Shown in pieces: positions 1 to 9,790 of a DNA stretch of 64,000 bases; within the stretch, counting starts at the first letter, position 1; every line of letters begins with the position of its first letter. Below the pieces are notes generated by a model. That model searched no databases. It was not told the DNA's origin and saw only the letters and a list, made by a program, of their open reading frames with translations. Source of the stretch: Patescibacteria group bacterium (lineage in GTDB: Bacteria; Patescibacteriota; Microgenomatia; UBA8517); contig DAITMO010000001.1 in the NCBI GenBank assembly GCA_036835125.1, positions 702,216 to 766,215 of the forward strand. The letters run 5' to 3'. The position numbers and the translations under genes were made by a program.

Positions 1-289
1 TGGTCAAACAGCTTTAGTCATTGCAACAGGTGAAGACACAGTAGCACCAATTCAAATCTTAGGAAAATTTGCAAAAGAATTTGAAGTTCCAAAATTTAAA
101 GTTGGTGTTGTAGAAGGATCTTTCCAGGATAGTGAAGCTTTAACCAAACTTTCTACTCTTCCTGGTCGTGATGCTCTTCTTTCTCAGGTTCTTGGAACTT
201 TAATGGGACTTGAATATGGTCTTGTTGGCACACTAAATGGAAATTTACAAAAACTGGTTTACGTTTTAGACCAAGCCAGTAAAAAGTAA
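1..289 (+). CDS. rplJ: 50S ribosomal protein L10, C-terminal portion (5' end lies outside window)
   Basis: Frame-2 translation GQTALVIATGEDTVAPIQILGKFAKEFEVPKFKVGVVEGSF...LLSQVLGTLMGLEY matches the L10 C-terminal region; stop TAA at 287-289; immediately upstream of rplL as in the conserved rplJL operon. Confidence 0.85.
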   Translation, partial: GQTALVIATGEDTVAPIQILGKFAKEFEVPKFKVGVVEGSFQDSEALTKLSTLPGRDALLSQVLGTLMGLEYGLVGTLNGNLQKLVYVLDQASKK

Positions 290-312
290 ATGGAATTGGA
301 GGTGAATATATA

Positions 313-726
313 ATGGCAGACGAAGAAACAAAAAAAGTTAGTAAAAAAGTTGAAGAAGTAGTTGAAGAAGTTTCTAAACTTACCGTTTTGGAACTTTCTG
401 AGCTTGTTAGTGCTTTGCAAGATAAGCTTGGTGTAACAGCAGCTATGCCAGTTGCAGCAGCAGCAGCCGCTCCAGCAGCAGAGGGTGGTGCTCCAGCAGC
501 AGATGCCGATGGTGGCAATAAAACTGTTGTTATGACTGACGCAGGTGCAAATAAAATTGCAGTTATTAAAGCTTTAAGAGAGGTTGATCCAAACTTAACT
601 TTAATGGATGCAAAAGGAATGACAGACAACGTACCAGCTGAAGTTTTAAAGGATGCAAAAGCAGAAGATGCAAAGGTAGCTTCTGAAAAACTTACTGCAG
701 CAGGTGCAAAAGTAGAACTCAAATAA
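313..726 (+). CDS. rplL: 50S ribosomal protein L7/L12
   Basis: 137 aa; N-terminal dimerisation helix, Ala/Pro-rich hinge (AAAAAAPAAEGGAPAA), C-terminal domain IAVIKALREV...GAKVELK; GGAGG RBS at about 298-304. Confidence 0.95.
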   Translation: MADEETKKVSKKVEEVVEEVSKLTVLELSELVSALQDKLGVTAAMPVAAAAAAPAAEGGAPAADADGGNKTVVMTDAGANKIAVIKALREVDPNLTLMDAKGMTDNVPAEVLKDAKAEDAKVASEKLTAAGAKVELK

Positions 727-768
727 TTTAATTAAGTTTAAGTTAACTTGAGTACTACAACAAAAATT

Positions 769-792
769 CCCGCTTAAAAGGCGGGATTTTTT
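769..792. terminator. Rho-independent terminator after rplL (palindromic, could act on both strands)
   Basis: cccgc-ttaaaag-gcggg stem-loop followed by attttttg; on the minus strand the same hairpin is followed by aattttt, downstream of the minus-strand gene ending at 973. Confidence 0.6.
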
Positions 793-972
793 GTGGGTAT
801 AAAAACTCTACAAATATATCAATTTTTATTTCGGTATTAATATGGGATGCAAAAACAATAATGTTTTCACGATATTGAGAGTATAAAAAGTACTTAATAC
901 TACACAAAAAGACCAATTATTTGAACTTTTATTGTAGAGCAATTTATTGTTACCTGGAGAATTATGAGAAAA

Positions 973-1926
973 TTATACCTTAACTTTTTTAAGTTTTGAT
1001 TTAAAATTTGCAACCAATGCTTTCAAGAAATCATCTCTTTTATCCATCTCCCACTTTGGAAAACCCATTTGGTCATTTATTTCAAAAATGTAGGGTGTGC
1101 CATCTTTATTAATTCCAAAATCTAAACTGTAAATTGGATTATCATAATTTGCAGAAAAAATTGTTGAAACCTTTTTTACTACATTTTTTATAGATTCAGG
1201 AACATTACTATATTCAACTTCAGTTAAATTACCACCCTGTGCTGCGTTTGCAAGAAGGCTTCCTTTTGCAGGAACTCTAACGTGGCACCAAACAGGAACA
1301 GAATTTACTAATACTATTCTTAAGTCATGCATCCCTGGAGTTATTCCCCCTATTCCCCCACTTGTATCAACAAATTCTTGGGCAATATAGTGATTGTATT
1401 TATTGTCCAATTTAAATTTCAAAGCATCTTTCTTTGGTCCTATGAAAATACCAATTCCTTTTAAACCATTGAATGGCTTAAGAACTACCCAATCAGTCCT
1501 AATTTTACTAAGTATTTCCTGCAAATCTTCGTTCCCGTTTATATCAAAAGTCTGAGGCATATATTCTCCAATCACTTTTGAAGTTGCCCATTTATCCCAA
1601 GCAAGGGCTTTAAAATCATATTCATTTACAACATGAAGTAAATCTCCTTTTATTGGAAAAGACATTCCACCTGTTCTATCAAAAACTAAGTCTATTTTTA
1701 ATGTATCTTTTGTCAAAACAAATTTCCCCGAGTCAAAAATCCATCCTCCTTCAAAAATTCCTTTTCCTTTGTATGTTTTTCTTGTCAGTATATAAACGTC
1801 CCAACCCTCCTCACTCATAAATTCCATGAGTCTAATGTATACAGGTAGCTTACCAACTATGTGGGATAGCGGTGAGTCCCCCTGAAGTTCTTTTGAAAAA
1901 CAAATCCCTACCTTAATGTTTCCCAT
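973..1926 (-). CDS. ATP-grasp family amidoligase
   Basis: 317 aa; ATP-grasp-like central and C-terminal regions (WVVLKPFNGLKGIGIF, glycine-rich GGIGGITPG loop); first of three co-oriented ATP-grasp genes. Confidence 0.6.
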   Translation of the reverse strand: MGNIKVGICFSKELQGDSPLSHIVGKLPVYIRLMEFMSEEGWDVYILTRKTYKGKGIFEGGWIFDSGKFVLTKDTLKIDLVFDRTGGMSFPIKGDLLHVVNEYDFKALAWDKWATSKVIGEYMPQTFDINGNEDLQEILSKIRTDWVVLKPFNGLKGIGIFIGPKKDALKFKLDNKYNHYIAQEFVDTSGGIGGITPGMHDLRIVLVNSVPVWCHVRVPAKGSLLANAAQGGNLTEVEYSNVPESIKNVVKKVSTIFSANYDNPIYSLDFGINKDGTPYIFEINDQMGFPKWEMDKRDDFLKALVANFKSKLKKVKV

Positions 1927-1928
1927 TT

Positions 1929-2837
1929 TTATTTTGATACAACTTCTCTAAAATATTTTGCAATCTGATCCATTTCTGGAGATATATCAGTATCATATGT
2001 AAAACCTGGACCTCTGTTTACCTCAATAAGGAAGTATTTGCCCGTGTTTATGTCCTTTGCTATATCAACCCCCGCTATTTGGATGTTAAGTTTTTTAGCT
2101 GCATCAACAGCAATTGAGGTTAAATCCTCTGGGATTTTTTCCAAATCCATAAATTCTTCAGTAGCACCCAAAGAGACATTGTGACGAAATTCTCCTTCAA
2201 CTGTTAAAATCTTTTTCTCCCAAACTCCTACTTTTTCTCCCAAAACTAAAACTCTATATTCATCCCCCAAATTTTTAAATTCCTGAAAAAGAAATTCATT
2301 ATCCGAACCTGTATCACCTTTTTTGGGAAGTTTGTCAAAATCTTCCAATGTTTCTATTTTAAAAACTCCCTTACCTTTTTGTGTAGAAAGTTCTTTTGCA
2401 ACAAGAGGAAAACCTAGTTCTTTTGCTATTCTTTCTTTATATTTAATAAGTTGTTTGTAACGTACATAAATACTCTTAATTATCGGTAAATCCAAAGTGC
2501 TTAATTTTACTAATGATGTAAATTTGCTTCCCAAGGGTCCAATTTCGCCCCATGAAGAATCGATAAACTTAATATTTTTAGCTTTTAGACATGTTGCAAG
2601 AGTCGCTGCCATAATTGAAAATCCTCCTCCAGCTCTCCTAAAGTAAACCAAACTGAATTCGGTGATTGGAGTTCCACCTATCTCAACTTCTATATTTTTA
2701 TCAGAAATTGAAAAATATAAATCTGAAAATTCTGCTAAAACAACCTCAATTCCCTCACCAATTCTTTTGGAGATTTCATTTACAAAAATCTCTTTTTTAG
2801 GACCTTTTGTTCCTACCAATACCAATATTTTTTTCAT
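1929..2837 (-). CDS. RimK-like alpha-L-glutamate ligase (ATP-grasp)
   Basis: 302 aa; RimK-type motifs (FRRAGGG, LVAKELSTQKGKGVF, GVDIAKD...YFLIEVNRGPGF); 1-2 bp spacing to the flanking genes. Confidence 0.7.
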   Translation of the reverse strand: MKKILVLVGTKGPKKEIFVNEISKRIGEGIEVVLAEFSDLYFSISDKNIEVEIGGTPITEFSLVYFRRAGGGFSIMAATLATCLKAKNIKFIDSSWGEIGPLGSKFTSLVKLSTLDLPIIKSIYVRYKQLIKYKERIAKELGFPLVAKELSTQKGKGVFKIETLEDFDKLPKKGDTGSDNEFLFQEFKNLGDEYRVLVLGEKVGVWEKKILTVEGEFRHNVSLGATEEFMDLEKIPEDLTSIAVDAAKKLNIQIAGVDIAKDINTGKYFLIEVNRGPGFTYDTDISPEMDQIAKYFREVVSK

Positions 2838-2838
2838 A

Positions 2839-4161
2839 TTATTTTGTACTATCGTCTACTTTAACCAAAAACCCTTGAAGATCACGCCTTCCTATTATAC
2901 AGACTTTTTTGAGACCTTTTCTGTTAGAAACTGAGGCGACTGTATTAATCCTTGTTCCTGCAAGATAAAAACTAAAATTAATAACAGAACGTTCCTCAGA
3001 TCCCAATGAACTTTTAAATACTTTTGTCCAAAGAATGTTTTTTTCCGAAAGTAGTCCATTCTCTTCAGCAAAGCTTTTATCAATAGAGCTTCTCCACGCA
3101 CCCGTGTCAATTTTAGCTTTAACTTCTATTCTCTTTTTCTTTCCTGGAATAACAACCTTGATTATCTCATCATTTCTAATAGTTTTTATTCCTTCAACAA
3201 CTGCTTTCCTGTTTTCAAATCTTCCCGCAAAAAGAGCTTTGGCAATCATTATTCCATGCTCGGCATCACTAATTTCAAGATCTTCAATTCTTTCAAGTCT
3301 CTTTTTCAAACCTGTTTTATTTGCTAATTGTATTTGAAGCCCTGGTTGTGCATTAAGCTCTAAAACCATTGGACCTTTTTCAGGATGAATAACAATATCT
3401 ACCCCCAAATAACCTAGGTAGGACGCTTCTTGTGCTTTTATTGCAGTCTCCAAAACCCTATTCCAGCTGGGTATTTTTATTCCTCGAAGTCTTCTTTCAG
3501 TACCAGGTTTGAATACAATTTCCTCACCATGCCAAATTGAATTTGTAGTGATACCTGTTGCAATATCAATTCCCACTGCTATAGCTCCTTGATGAAGATT
3601 GGCACGTCCTCCCGATTCTTTTGTTGGAAGCCTAAGCATTGCCATAACAGGTACCTTATTGAAAACGATTATTCTTATATCTGGAGTTCCACGATAGGCC
3701 CATTTCCTAAATGCCTCAGCTCTACCTACATATTCTTGAATAAAGGCAACATCTGGAACATTTCCCATTGAAAAAGCTCCCTCCAAAATGTCTAAAGTGT
3801 GAAGCTTCAAGTCTTCTGCTGTAACTCTTTCTTTGTTGGTAGTGATCCAAATTGGACTTTTTGCAGATTTTAATATCTTTTTATCTGTAATCCTTTTTTT
3901 AACAACTACTATTCCTCCTCCTCCCATTCCACGACTAGGTTTAAGAGCAAAGCGATCGGGAAGTTTTCCCCAGTCAAACTCCATAACTTGCCTTGGATCT
4001 GTAAATTTTTTATAAACCTTAGGGTGAGCTATCTCAAATTTTTTTAGTATTCTTGCTGTTTGTATCTTTGAATTGGCTATGTTCTTTCCACGCTTAGTGT
4101 TATATTTGTAAGCAAATAATTGGGTCCTAGCATTTAAACCAAGGATTGATGAGACTTTCAT
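2839..4161 (-). CDS. ATP-grasp (RimK-related) ligase fused to a C-terminal retropepsin-like aspartic protease domain
   Basis: 440 aa; N-terminal ATP-grasp region (ALKPSRGMGGGGIVVV), C-terminal KIDTGAWRSSID carrying the D-T-G-A aspartic protease signature (DUF785/'ATP-dependent zinc protease'-like). Confidence 0.7.
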   Translation of the reverse strand: MKVSSILGLNARTQLFAYKYNTKRGKNIANSKIQTARILKKFEIAHPKVYKKFTDPRQVMEFDWGKLPDRFALKPSRGMGGGGIVVVKKRITDKKILKSAKSPIWITTNKERVTAEDLKLHTLDILEGAFSMGNVPDVAFIQEYVGRAEAFRKWAYRGTPDIRIIVFNKVPVMAMLRLPTKESGGRANLHQGAIAVGIDIATGITTNSIWHGEEIVFKPGTERRLRGIKIPSWNRVLETAIKAQEASYLGYLGVDIVIHPEKGPMVLELNAQPGLQIQLANKTGLKKRLERIEDLEISDAEHGIMIAKALFAGRFENRKAVVEGIKTIRNDEIIKVVIPGKKKRIEVKAKIDTGAWRSSIDKSFAEENGLLSEKNILWTKVFKSSLGSEERSVINFSFYLAGTRINTVASVSNRKGLKKVCIIGRRDLQGFLVKVDDSTK

Positions 4162-4187
4162 ACTTTTGTTGTTTATTTTTTTATACT

Positions 4188-5090
4188 TTAACTTTGTATA
4201 AGTTTTCTGAATCTATAGTATTCCATTACTCTAAGGCCGGTATATTTACCAAGGATAAGATCCAAAAGGGCTGTTAGAATAAGTGAAATTTCTGGGTTTA
4301 AAAGAACAAATTGACGCATTGGTTGCAGAATCAAAACCCCATATGAGATAAGAGAAAGAATTAAAGTTTCAAACGTAAGAGTAACAGCTGTCTTAGCACT
4401 TTTTCCAAGCTGCACCCTTGTAAAATCCTCAGATAAAAGAATAAGAACTAAAACTGCAAAGATTGAGACATTGGCAAGTGACGGAAAGTTAATTACAGGA
4501 GCCAAGAAAAGCACTCCTAAAACTCCAAAAACAACAGCCCAAAGAATAAACGACATTCTGGGTAAATACTGAAGTTTTACCTTTAATTTTCTTAAAATCA
4601 TACGAACCAGTGTTGAAACAGCAACGATTACCAAGAAAAGTCCTATTCCTACAATTGGGCCAGTTGCCACAAACACAACAGAGAGAGCTGCAGGTAAAAA
4701 TATACCGAATCCGCGAATACCAACAACGTTCCTTGAGAAAGCTATAACAAAGGCAACAATTGGCAAAAGAAGTAAAAGTACGATTGTATTAGCAGGTACT
4801 CCAGCCTCAACCGCTCCTCTTATAGCATGCTTAACAGGATTGAATGGCCAGGTTTTCCCAACTGTCTGATTTTTAAGAATTGTCTCAAGAGGTCCTAAAG
4901 ACTCAGTACTTTTTTGAGTGATATCGATAGGTGCAACAGGAGTAGAAACAGGCTCTGCCGAAACTGTAGCTGTAGCAGACTCTGTAGCAATAGGCAGAGG
5001 TGTAACGGTTTTAGCCACGATAGATCCCGGTCCTGTTAAAAGACCAATTCCAATTGCCATAGCAAACAATAAATAAAGTATTTTTCGCAT
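4188..5090 (-). CDS. Polytopic membrane protein (signal peptide, Thr/Ser/Pro-rich ectodomain, about 6-7 TM)
   Basis: 300 aa; N-terminal signal sequence, then multiple hydrophobic helices; co-oriented directly downstream of the ATP-grasp trio, matching the 7TM partner reported for RimK-related amidoligase systems. Confidence 0.5.
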   Translation of the reverse strand: MRKILYLLFAMAIGIGLLTGPGSIVAKTVTPLPIATESATATVSAEPVSTPVAPIDITQKSTESLGPLETILKNQTVGKTWPFNPVKHAIRGAVEAGVPANTIVLLLLLPIVAFVIAFSRNVVGIRGFGIFLPAALSVVFVATGPIVGIGLFLVIVAVSTLVRMILRKLKVKLQYLPRMSFILWAVVFGVLGVLFLAPVINFPSLANVSIFAVLVLILLSEDFTRVQLGKSAKTAVTLTFETLILSLISYGVLILQPMRQFVLLNPEISLILTALLDLILGKYTGLRVMEYYRFRKLIQS

Positions 5091-5243
5091 GGGTAAAACT
5101 TCTTGAAAGTATGTGTATTATATCAAATTTCAAACAAAAAGTCCCTTAAACCTACATATTGAAGAAAGTTAACTCTTAGGTATACAATTAGGCTTCGCCA
5201 ATTAAGATAAAACCCGTGAGGGGTTATTTTATATCGATCATAC

Positions 5244-6974
5244 ATGATTAAAACATTAAAGACGTTTTTTAGATTTATAGCAAAGAAAAAGCTGATCTAT
5301 GGATTAACGCTTATTTCTCTTGTGGCAACAGCCATTCTTCAAAGTGTAATGCCCTATTTTCTTAAACTTTTTGTAAATGAAATTCCAGCGCTTGACTATC
5401 AAGCTTTGATAAATATACTTCTAATTTACATTGCAGTAGTTATGGGCTCATTAATTACTGATGTGGCCAGTAATTGGTTTGGAGATGTAGTTCTTTTGGA
5501 TGCAGCAAGAGATGCCAGGCTCGCAATATTTAAACACGTTCAAAATCTAGATTTCTCTTTTCATTCCAATAAATCCACAGGAAGCATGATTTCTGCATTT
5601 AAAAGAGGTGATGGAGCATTCTTTGATCTTTTCCATACAGTTCATTTCAATATCATAGGGGTAATTGTAACTACTATTATAATGCTCATATTTTTTGGCC
5701 AAATTAATTTTTGGTTGGTTGTTTTTATGTCTATTGCCCTAATTCTTACGTTCATTTCTACAAAAATCTTAATTAAAAACAATGTAGACAAAAGAAATAT
5801 TTTTAATGATGAAGAAGACAATGTCTCAGGAATAATCACAGACAACATGATTAATTATGAGACAGTCAAACTTTTTGCAAAAGAAAAATGGGAGAGTACA
5901 AGACTTACCAATGCTTTCAAGCCTTGGACAAAATCTCTTTGGGGATATGCCAATTCTTTTAGGCTTATCGATATCGTCATTGGGCTTTTGATCAACATAA
6001 GCATTTTTGCAATTATGTTTTTAATGCTTCGCTTCTCAGTATTTGGAAACTTAGGGGTTGGTGATTTTGTACTTATTATAAGCTTTATTGGAATGTTCTT
6101 CCCTAAAATTTGGAATTTGGTCTGGAGTACTAGAAACATTGCTAAAAACTACGCAGATCTTGAAAAATACTTTGGTCTACTTAATGAAAAAGTAGAAGTA
6201 TTAGATCCTAAAAATCCTATTAATATTGGGCATGTATATGGTGAAATTAAGTTCAAAAATGTTAGTTTCTCATATAAAAATAGGGTTAAAAATGCAATAA
6301 ATAACTTTGATCTTGACATCAAGCAAGGAGAATCTGTTGCTTTGGTGGGAAGAAGTGGGTCAGGCAAAACAACCTTAGTAAAACTTCTTATGAGGTTTTT
6401 TGATATTACAAATGGTGAAATTAGTATTGATGGCATAAACATCAAGGATTTTACTAAAAACACATTGAGAGGTTTTATTGGTATGGTTCCTCAAGAACCA
6501 ATTCTTTTCAACAATACTGTTGCCTACAACATTGGTTATGGAAAAGAAAATACAAAATTATCTGAAATTAGAGAAGCTGCTAAAATTGCAAACATTGACG
6601 ATTTTATTCAAAGCCTACCCAAAAAATACGAAACTGAAGTTGGTGAACGTGGAGTAAAGCTCTCAGGTGGTCAAAAACAAAGATTGGCCATTGCAAGAAT
6701 GATCCTAAGCGATCCTGATATAGTTGTATTTGATGAAGCCACATCTCAACTTGATAGCGAATCTGAAAAACTTATTCAAGATGCATTTTGGAAGGCAAGA
6801 GCTGGTAAAACAACTTTAATTGTGGCCCACAGACTCTCAACCATTATGCGTGCAGATAAAATTGTTGTTATGGAAAAAGGAAAGATAAAGGAAATTGGGA
6901 ATCATAAAAGTTTACTTGCCAAAAAAGATTCACTCTACTCACATTTTTGGAACTTACAAATCAAGCTTGATTGA
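5244..6974 (+). CDS. ABC transporter, fused permease/ATP-binding protein (type I exporter, MsbA-like)
   Basis: 576 aa; N-terminal 6-TM domain; Walker A GRSGSGKTT, signature LSGGQKQR, Walker B IVVFDEATSQLD, H-loop AHRLST. Confidence 0.9.
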   Translation: MIKTLKTFFRFIAKKKLIYGLTLISLVATAILQSVMPYFLKLFVNEIPALDYQALINILLIYIAVVMGSLITDVASNWFGDVVLLDAARDARLAIFKHVQNLDFSFHSNKSTGSMISAFKRGDGAFFDLFHTVHFNIIGVIVTTIIMLIFFGQINFWLVVFMSIALILTFISTKILIKNNVDKRNIFNDEEDNVSGIITDNMINYETVKLFAKEKWESTRLTNAFKPWTKSLWGYANSFRLIDIVIGLLINISIFAIMFLMLRFSVFGNLGVGDFVLIISFIGMFFPKIWNLVWSTRNIAKNYADLEKYFGLLNEKVEVLDPKNPINIGHVYGEIKFKNVSFSYKNRVKNAINNFDLDIKQGESVALVGRSGSGKTTLVKLLMRFFDITNGEISIDGINIKDFTKNTLRGFIGMVPQEPILFNNTVAYNIGYGKENTKLSEIREAAKIANIDDFIQSLPKKYETEVGERGVKLSGGQKQRLAIARMILSDPDIVVFDEATSQLDSESEKLIQDAFWKARAGKTTLIVAHRLSTIMRADKIVVMEKGKIKEIGNHKSLLAKKDSLYSHFWNLQIKLD

Positions 6975-6982
6975 AGTTAAAG

Positions 6983-7201
6983 TTACTCTTCCTTGCTTTG
7001 CATTCCAAGAAGCCAAAGAACTGCTTCTTTCTTGTAGCGTCTATCTCCTCTTGAGTTAATTCTGATTGCGGGAAGCTTCCCACGCTTTCCCCATCTTTTA
7101 ATTGTTAAGGGTGAAACTCGAAGTAAGTCACTAACTTCACGAACGGTTAATAGGTCTGGGAGATCTTCTAACTTGATTTTCTTTTTAGTATTTTGATCCA
7201 T
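6983..7201 (-). CDS. Small helix-turn-helix DNA-binding protein, excisionase/MerR-like family
   Basis: 72 aa; LLTVREVSDLLRVSPLTIKRWGKRGKLPAIRI matches the excisionase-family HTH (HTH_17) pattern. Confidence 0.6.
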   Translation of the reverse strand: MDQNTKKKIKLEDLPDLLTVREVSDLLRVSPLTIKRWGKRGKLPAIRINSRGDRRYKKEAVLWLLGMQSKEE

Positions 7202-7303
7202 TTATCTATAGTCCCCTGCCTGACATCTATCTATCTAATGCAGAATATATCGAAGGAGTACATCTCTGTCAAGTACCTATTTAATCGTTGACACTAAAAC
7301 TTC

Positions 7304-7624
7304 ATGAATTATGATGGATATATGGCACTAACAAGGAAAGACTTGACTGATATTTCAAAAATTGTCCAGACAAATATTCAGACTGAGACTAGAAAAATTA
7401 TTAATGGTCAAAGTGCTATGAAGAGTGAACTATTGGACAAAATTGATAAACTAGATAAAAAGTTGACTGGGAGGATAGAGGGTGTTGAGGAAAGACTAAC
7501 CAAAAGAATCGACAAACTAGGATTACAAATTGCAAATCTGGAAGATGATACCCAAACAATTGAGGAATTTGATAAATTAGAAAGAAGAGTATCAAAAGTA
7601 GAACATTCTATAGCTTCAGTTTAG
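7304..7624 (+). CDS. Hypothetical coiled-coil protein
   Basis: 106 aa ORF; heptad-like charged repeats (DKIDKLDKKLTGRIEGVEERLTKRIDKL); no recognisable catalytic motif. Confidence 0.4.
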   Translation: MNYDGYMALTRKDLTDISKIVQTNIQTETRKIINGQSAMKSELLDKIDKLDKKLTGRIEGVEERLTKRIDKLGLQIANLEDDTQTIEEFDKLERRVSKVEHSIASV

Positions 7625-7853
7625 GCCTTATTGAACATTAGTGTTATTATTAATTAGGAGGTGATTACTATCTCATAAACAAACTGTCCTAAATTAGCCT
7701 AAACCTTCAAGGGCCCTGTCTAAATTACTACAATTTCCCTTTTTGGTTTGCCTAACTCCCCATACATAGGTATTGTTTTTGTTTTCTTTAGAATTTTAAT
7801 CAAATATTGCAAGCTTTTTGATATACTTACCATTAATAACATCAAATTTAGAT

Positions 7854-8468
7854 TCAGATAATAATTACTTCCCCATCATGAAGAGTTTTGAATGGTATAT
7901 TATTCTTTTTCAAAAAATCTACACTTTCTCCAACTTTGGCAGATTCAGGATGAATTGACTCAAAATGAGGTATGAAAGAGTAATCAAGAATACCTAAACC
8001 TTCCCAAATAACACTTGATTTATAACCATCCGCTGAAACATTAAGATCATCAACTATTTCCATACCTTTCAAGCTTGGAGAAAGTACACAACAACCTGCA
8101 CTGTATCCACTATATACAAATCTTGGATTGTCTTTTTGATTTATAAGCCACTTATCAAAACCACTCTCAACAAATGCACGGCGAAGCAAAAATACATTTC
8201 CTCCACGAACATAAACTGCCTTAAACCCAGACATTATTCCTGCCAATTCTTCAGGCTTTCCGAAATAATCGCGCAAATCAACTTCTACAGGGTTCAAATC
8301 AATTAATCTTAATTCTTCTAAATTTTCTTGTATCTTTTCTTTCCTTAATCCAGCATCTACAAAATCCATAGCATTCCCTATCACTGCAATTTTGTTTCCC
8401 TTTCCCACCATTTCTGTAAGTTTTTTACTCTCATTTCCCAATCTATATGAAGAAAGATAAAGTTCCAT
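7854..8468 (-). CDS. Peptidase S51 family (dipeptidase E / cyanophycinase-like type 1 glutamine amidotransferase fold)
   Basis: 204 aa; overall S51-like layout with GYSAG nucleophile-elbow-like motif and a later His. Confidence 0.6.
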   Translation of the reverse strand: MELYLSSYRLGNESKKLTEMVGKGNKIAVIGNAMDFVDAGLRKEKIQENLEELRLIDLNPVEVDLRDYFGKPEELAGIMSGFKAVYVRGGNVFLLRRAFVESGFDKWLINQKDNPRFVYSGYSAGCCVLSPSLKGMEIVDDLNVSADGYKSSVIWEGLGILDYSFIPHFESIHPESAKVGESVDFLKKNNIPFKTLHDGEVIII

Positions 8469-8470
8469 AT

Positions 8471-9748
8471 TTAAGCCACCCTTTCTTTAAGTGCTGAATA
8501 GTATTTTTGGAGATAATCCTCTGCCCTATTCCAATGTTCTTCTCCCAATCCTGCAAGTGCAAGGTTCTTTTCAACTCCTGCAAGTACCCTTAGCCTTGCA
8601 GCTTTTGCTGCTTGAAGAAGTGAGATTCTATAGACTTCTGCTAAATGTTTTTGTGCAAGTTCTTCTGCATTTCCTGCGTCTGAGATATTACTCTTCCCAT
8701 CCATTTCTCTATTAAAATCAACTTCCATTGAAGCTACAATTTTAGGTTCAAAAGCAAGTTTCACTTCTTCTTTTATAAGCTCATAGAAGCTCTTCATCTT
8801 CTCGGTTGCCCGATCCCATTTCTCATCATTCTCTTCAACAACAGCCTCAACTAGGTATTTTGCAGCTTCTTTTGCAAGTTTTTTAGAAAGCCCAAATTGC
8901 TCACATACATGGTTGGCTGCATAATCCCTGAGTCTTACCCCTTCTGGAATTTTTGAAAGTCTCCACCAAGAGAGTTCAAGCTTTGCAGTAAGTTTTGGAT
9001 CAAAACAAAAATGGGAAGCTGTATCATTTCCCCCAAATCTGCGTCTACGTCTACTAAAATCCAAAATATCATCTGCCAAACGTCTTGGGGTCATATCCGG
9101 AAGGTTAACTGTTTCCCAAACATATTCAGAATAATTAAGCTGCCAAGGCAGAAAACCACTAGTTCTTTGCTCTCCTGAGGTTCTAATGAACAAATCAACA
9201 TATGGATAGGGTTGATCTTTTGTATCCAAATATGAAGTAAATAGTTTTTCGTCAATCTTTTTGGAAGGGATTTTGTCGTCTACTATTTTTTTAGTAACCC
9301 GAATTATTTCATCATGTCCACCATAATCTAAAGCTACATTAAAAACATGAGACTTGTTATCCTTCGTCTTCTCCTCAACTTCCCTAATATACTTAATTAG
9401 CTCCTTAGGAAGTCTATCTTTTCTTCCCAAATGAATAAACCTAATATCATCTTTTTTAGCTTCATCTTCAACAACTTTAACCATTCTTCTAAAAAGCTTA
9501 AAAAGATATGAAATTTCATCAGGAGATCTATCCCAATTTTCTGTAGAAAAACCCCAAACAGTAAAAGTATGTACTCCCCAACTTCTTGAAGCCCTTGCAA
9601 TTTCCATTCCAGCTTCAAAACCAGCCTTATGCCCTGCTAAAGTTGGTAATCCTTTTGATCTTGCCCAACGTCTATTTCCATCAAGAATTATCGCAATATG
9701 ATTTGGAATTACTGTGTCTTTTGGAAATGTTATTTTACTCTCAGGCAT
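8471..9748 (-). CDS. uppS: Undecaprenyl-diphosphate synthase (cis-prenyltransferase) with about 170-aa C-terminal helical extension
   Basis: 425 aa; HIAIILDGNRRWA, GFSTENW and ...RRRRRFGG hallmarks of the UppS/cis-IPPS family over the first 250 aa; extra C-terminal region with no recognisable domain. Confidence 0.85.
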   Translation of the reverse strand: MPESKITFPKDTVIPNHIAIILDGNRRWARSKGLPTLAGHKAGFEAGMEIARASRSWGVHTFTVWGFSTENWDRSPDEISYLFKLFRRMVKVVEDEAKKDDIRFIHLGRKDRLPKELIKYIREVEEKTKDNKSHVFNVALDYGGHDEIIRVTKKIVDDKIPSKKIDEKLFTSYLDTKDQPYPYVDLFIRTSGEQRTSGFLPWQLNYSEYVWETVNLPDMTPRRLADDILDFSRRRRRFGGNDTASHFCFDPKLTAKLELSWWRLSKIPEGVRLRDYAANHVCEQFGLSKKLAKEAAKYLVEAVVEENDEKWDRATEKMKSFYELIKEEVKLAFEPKIVASMEVDFNREMDGKSNISDAGNAEELAQKHLAEVYRISLLQAAKAARLRVLAGVEKNLALAGLGEEHWNRAEDYLQKYYSALKERVA

Positions 9749-9790
9749 ATTTGTATTATACAGTAAACACCTATCAGGTTAGGTATTGTT

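Noticed and set aside
2662-4015. Small + strand ORFs (2662-2934, 3035-3337, 3589-3771, 3833-4015) inside the ATP-grasp genes
   Set aside because: Antisense to strongly supported ATP-grasp coding frames; low-complexity translations
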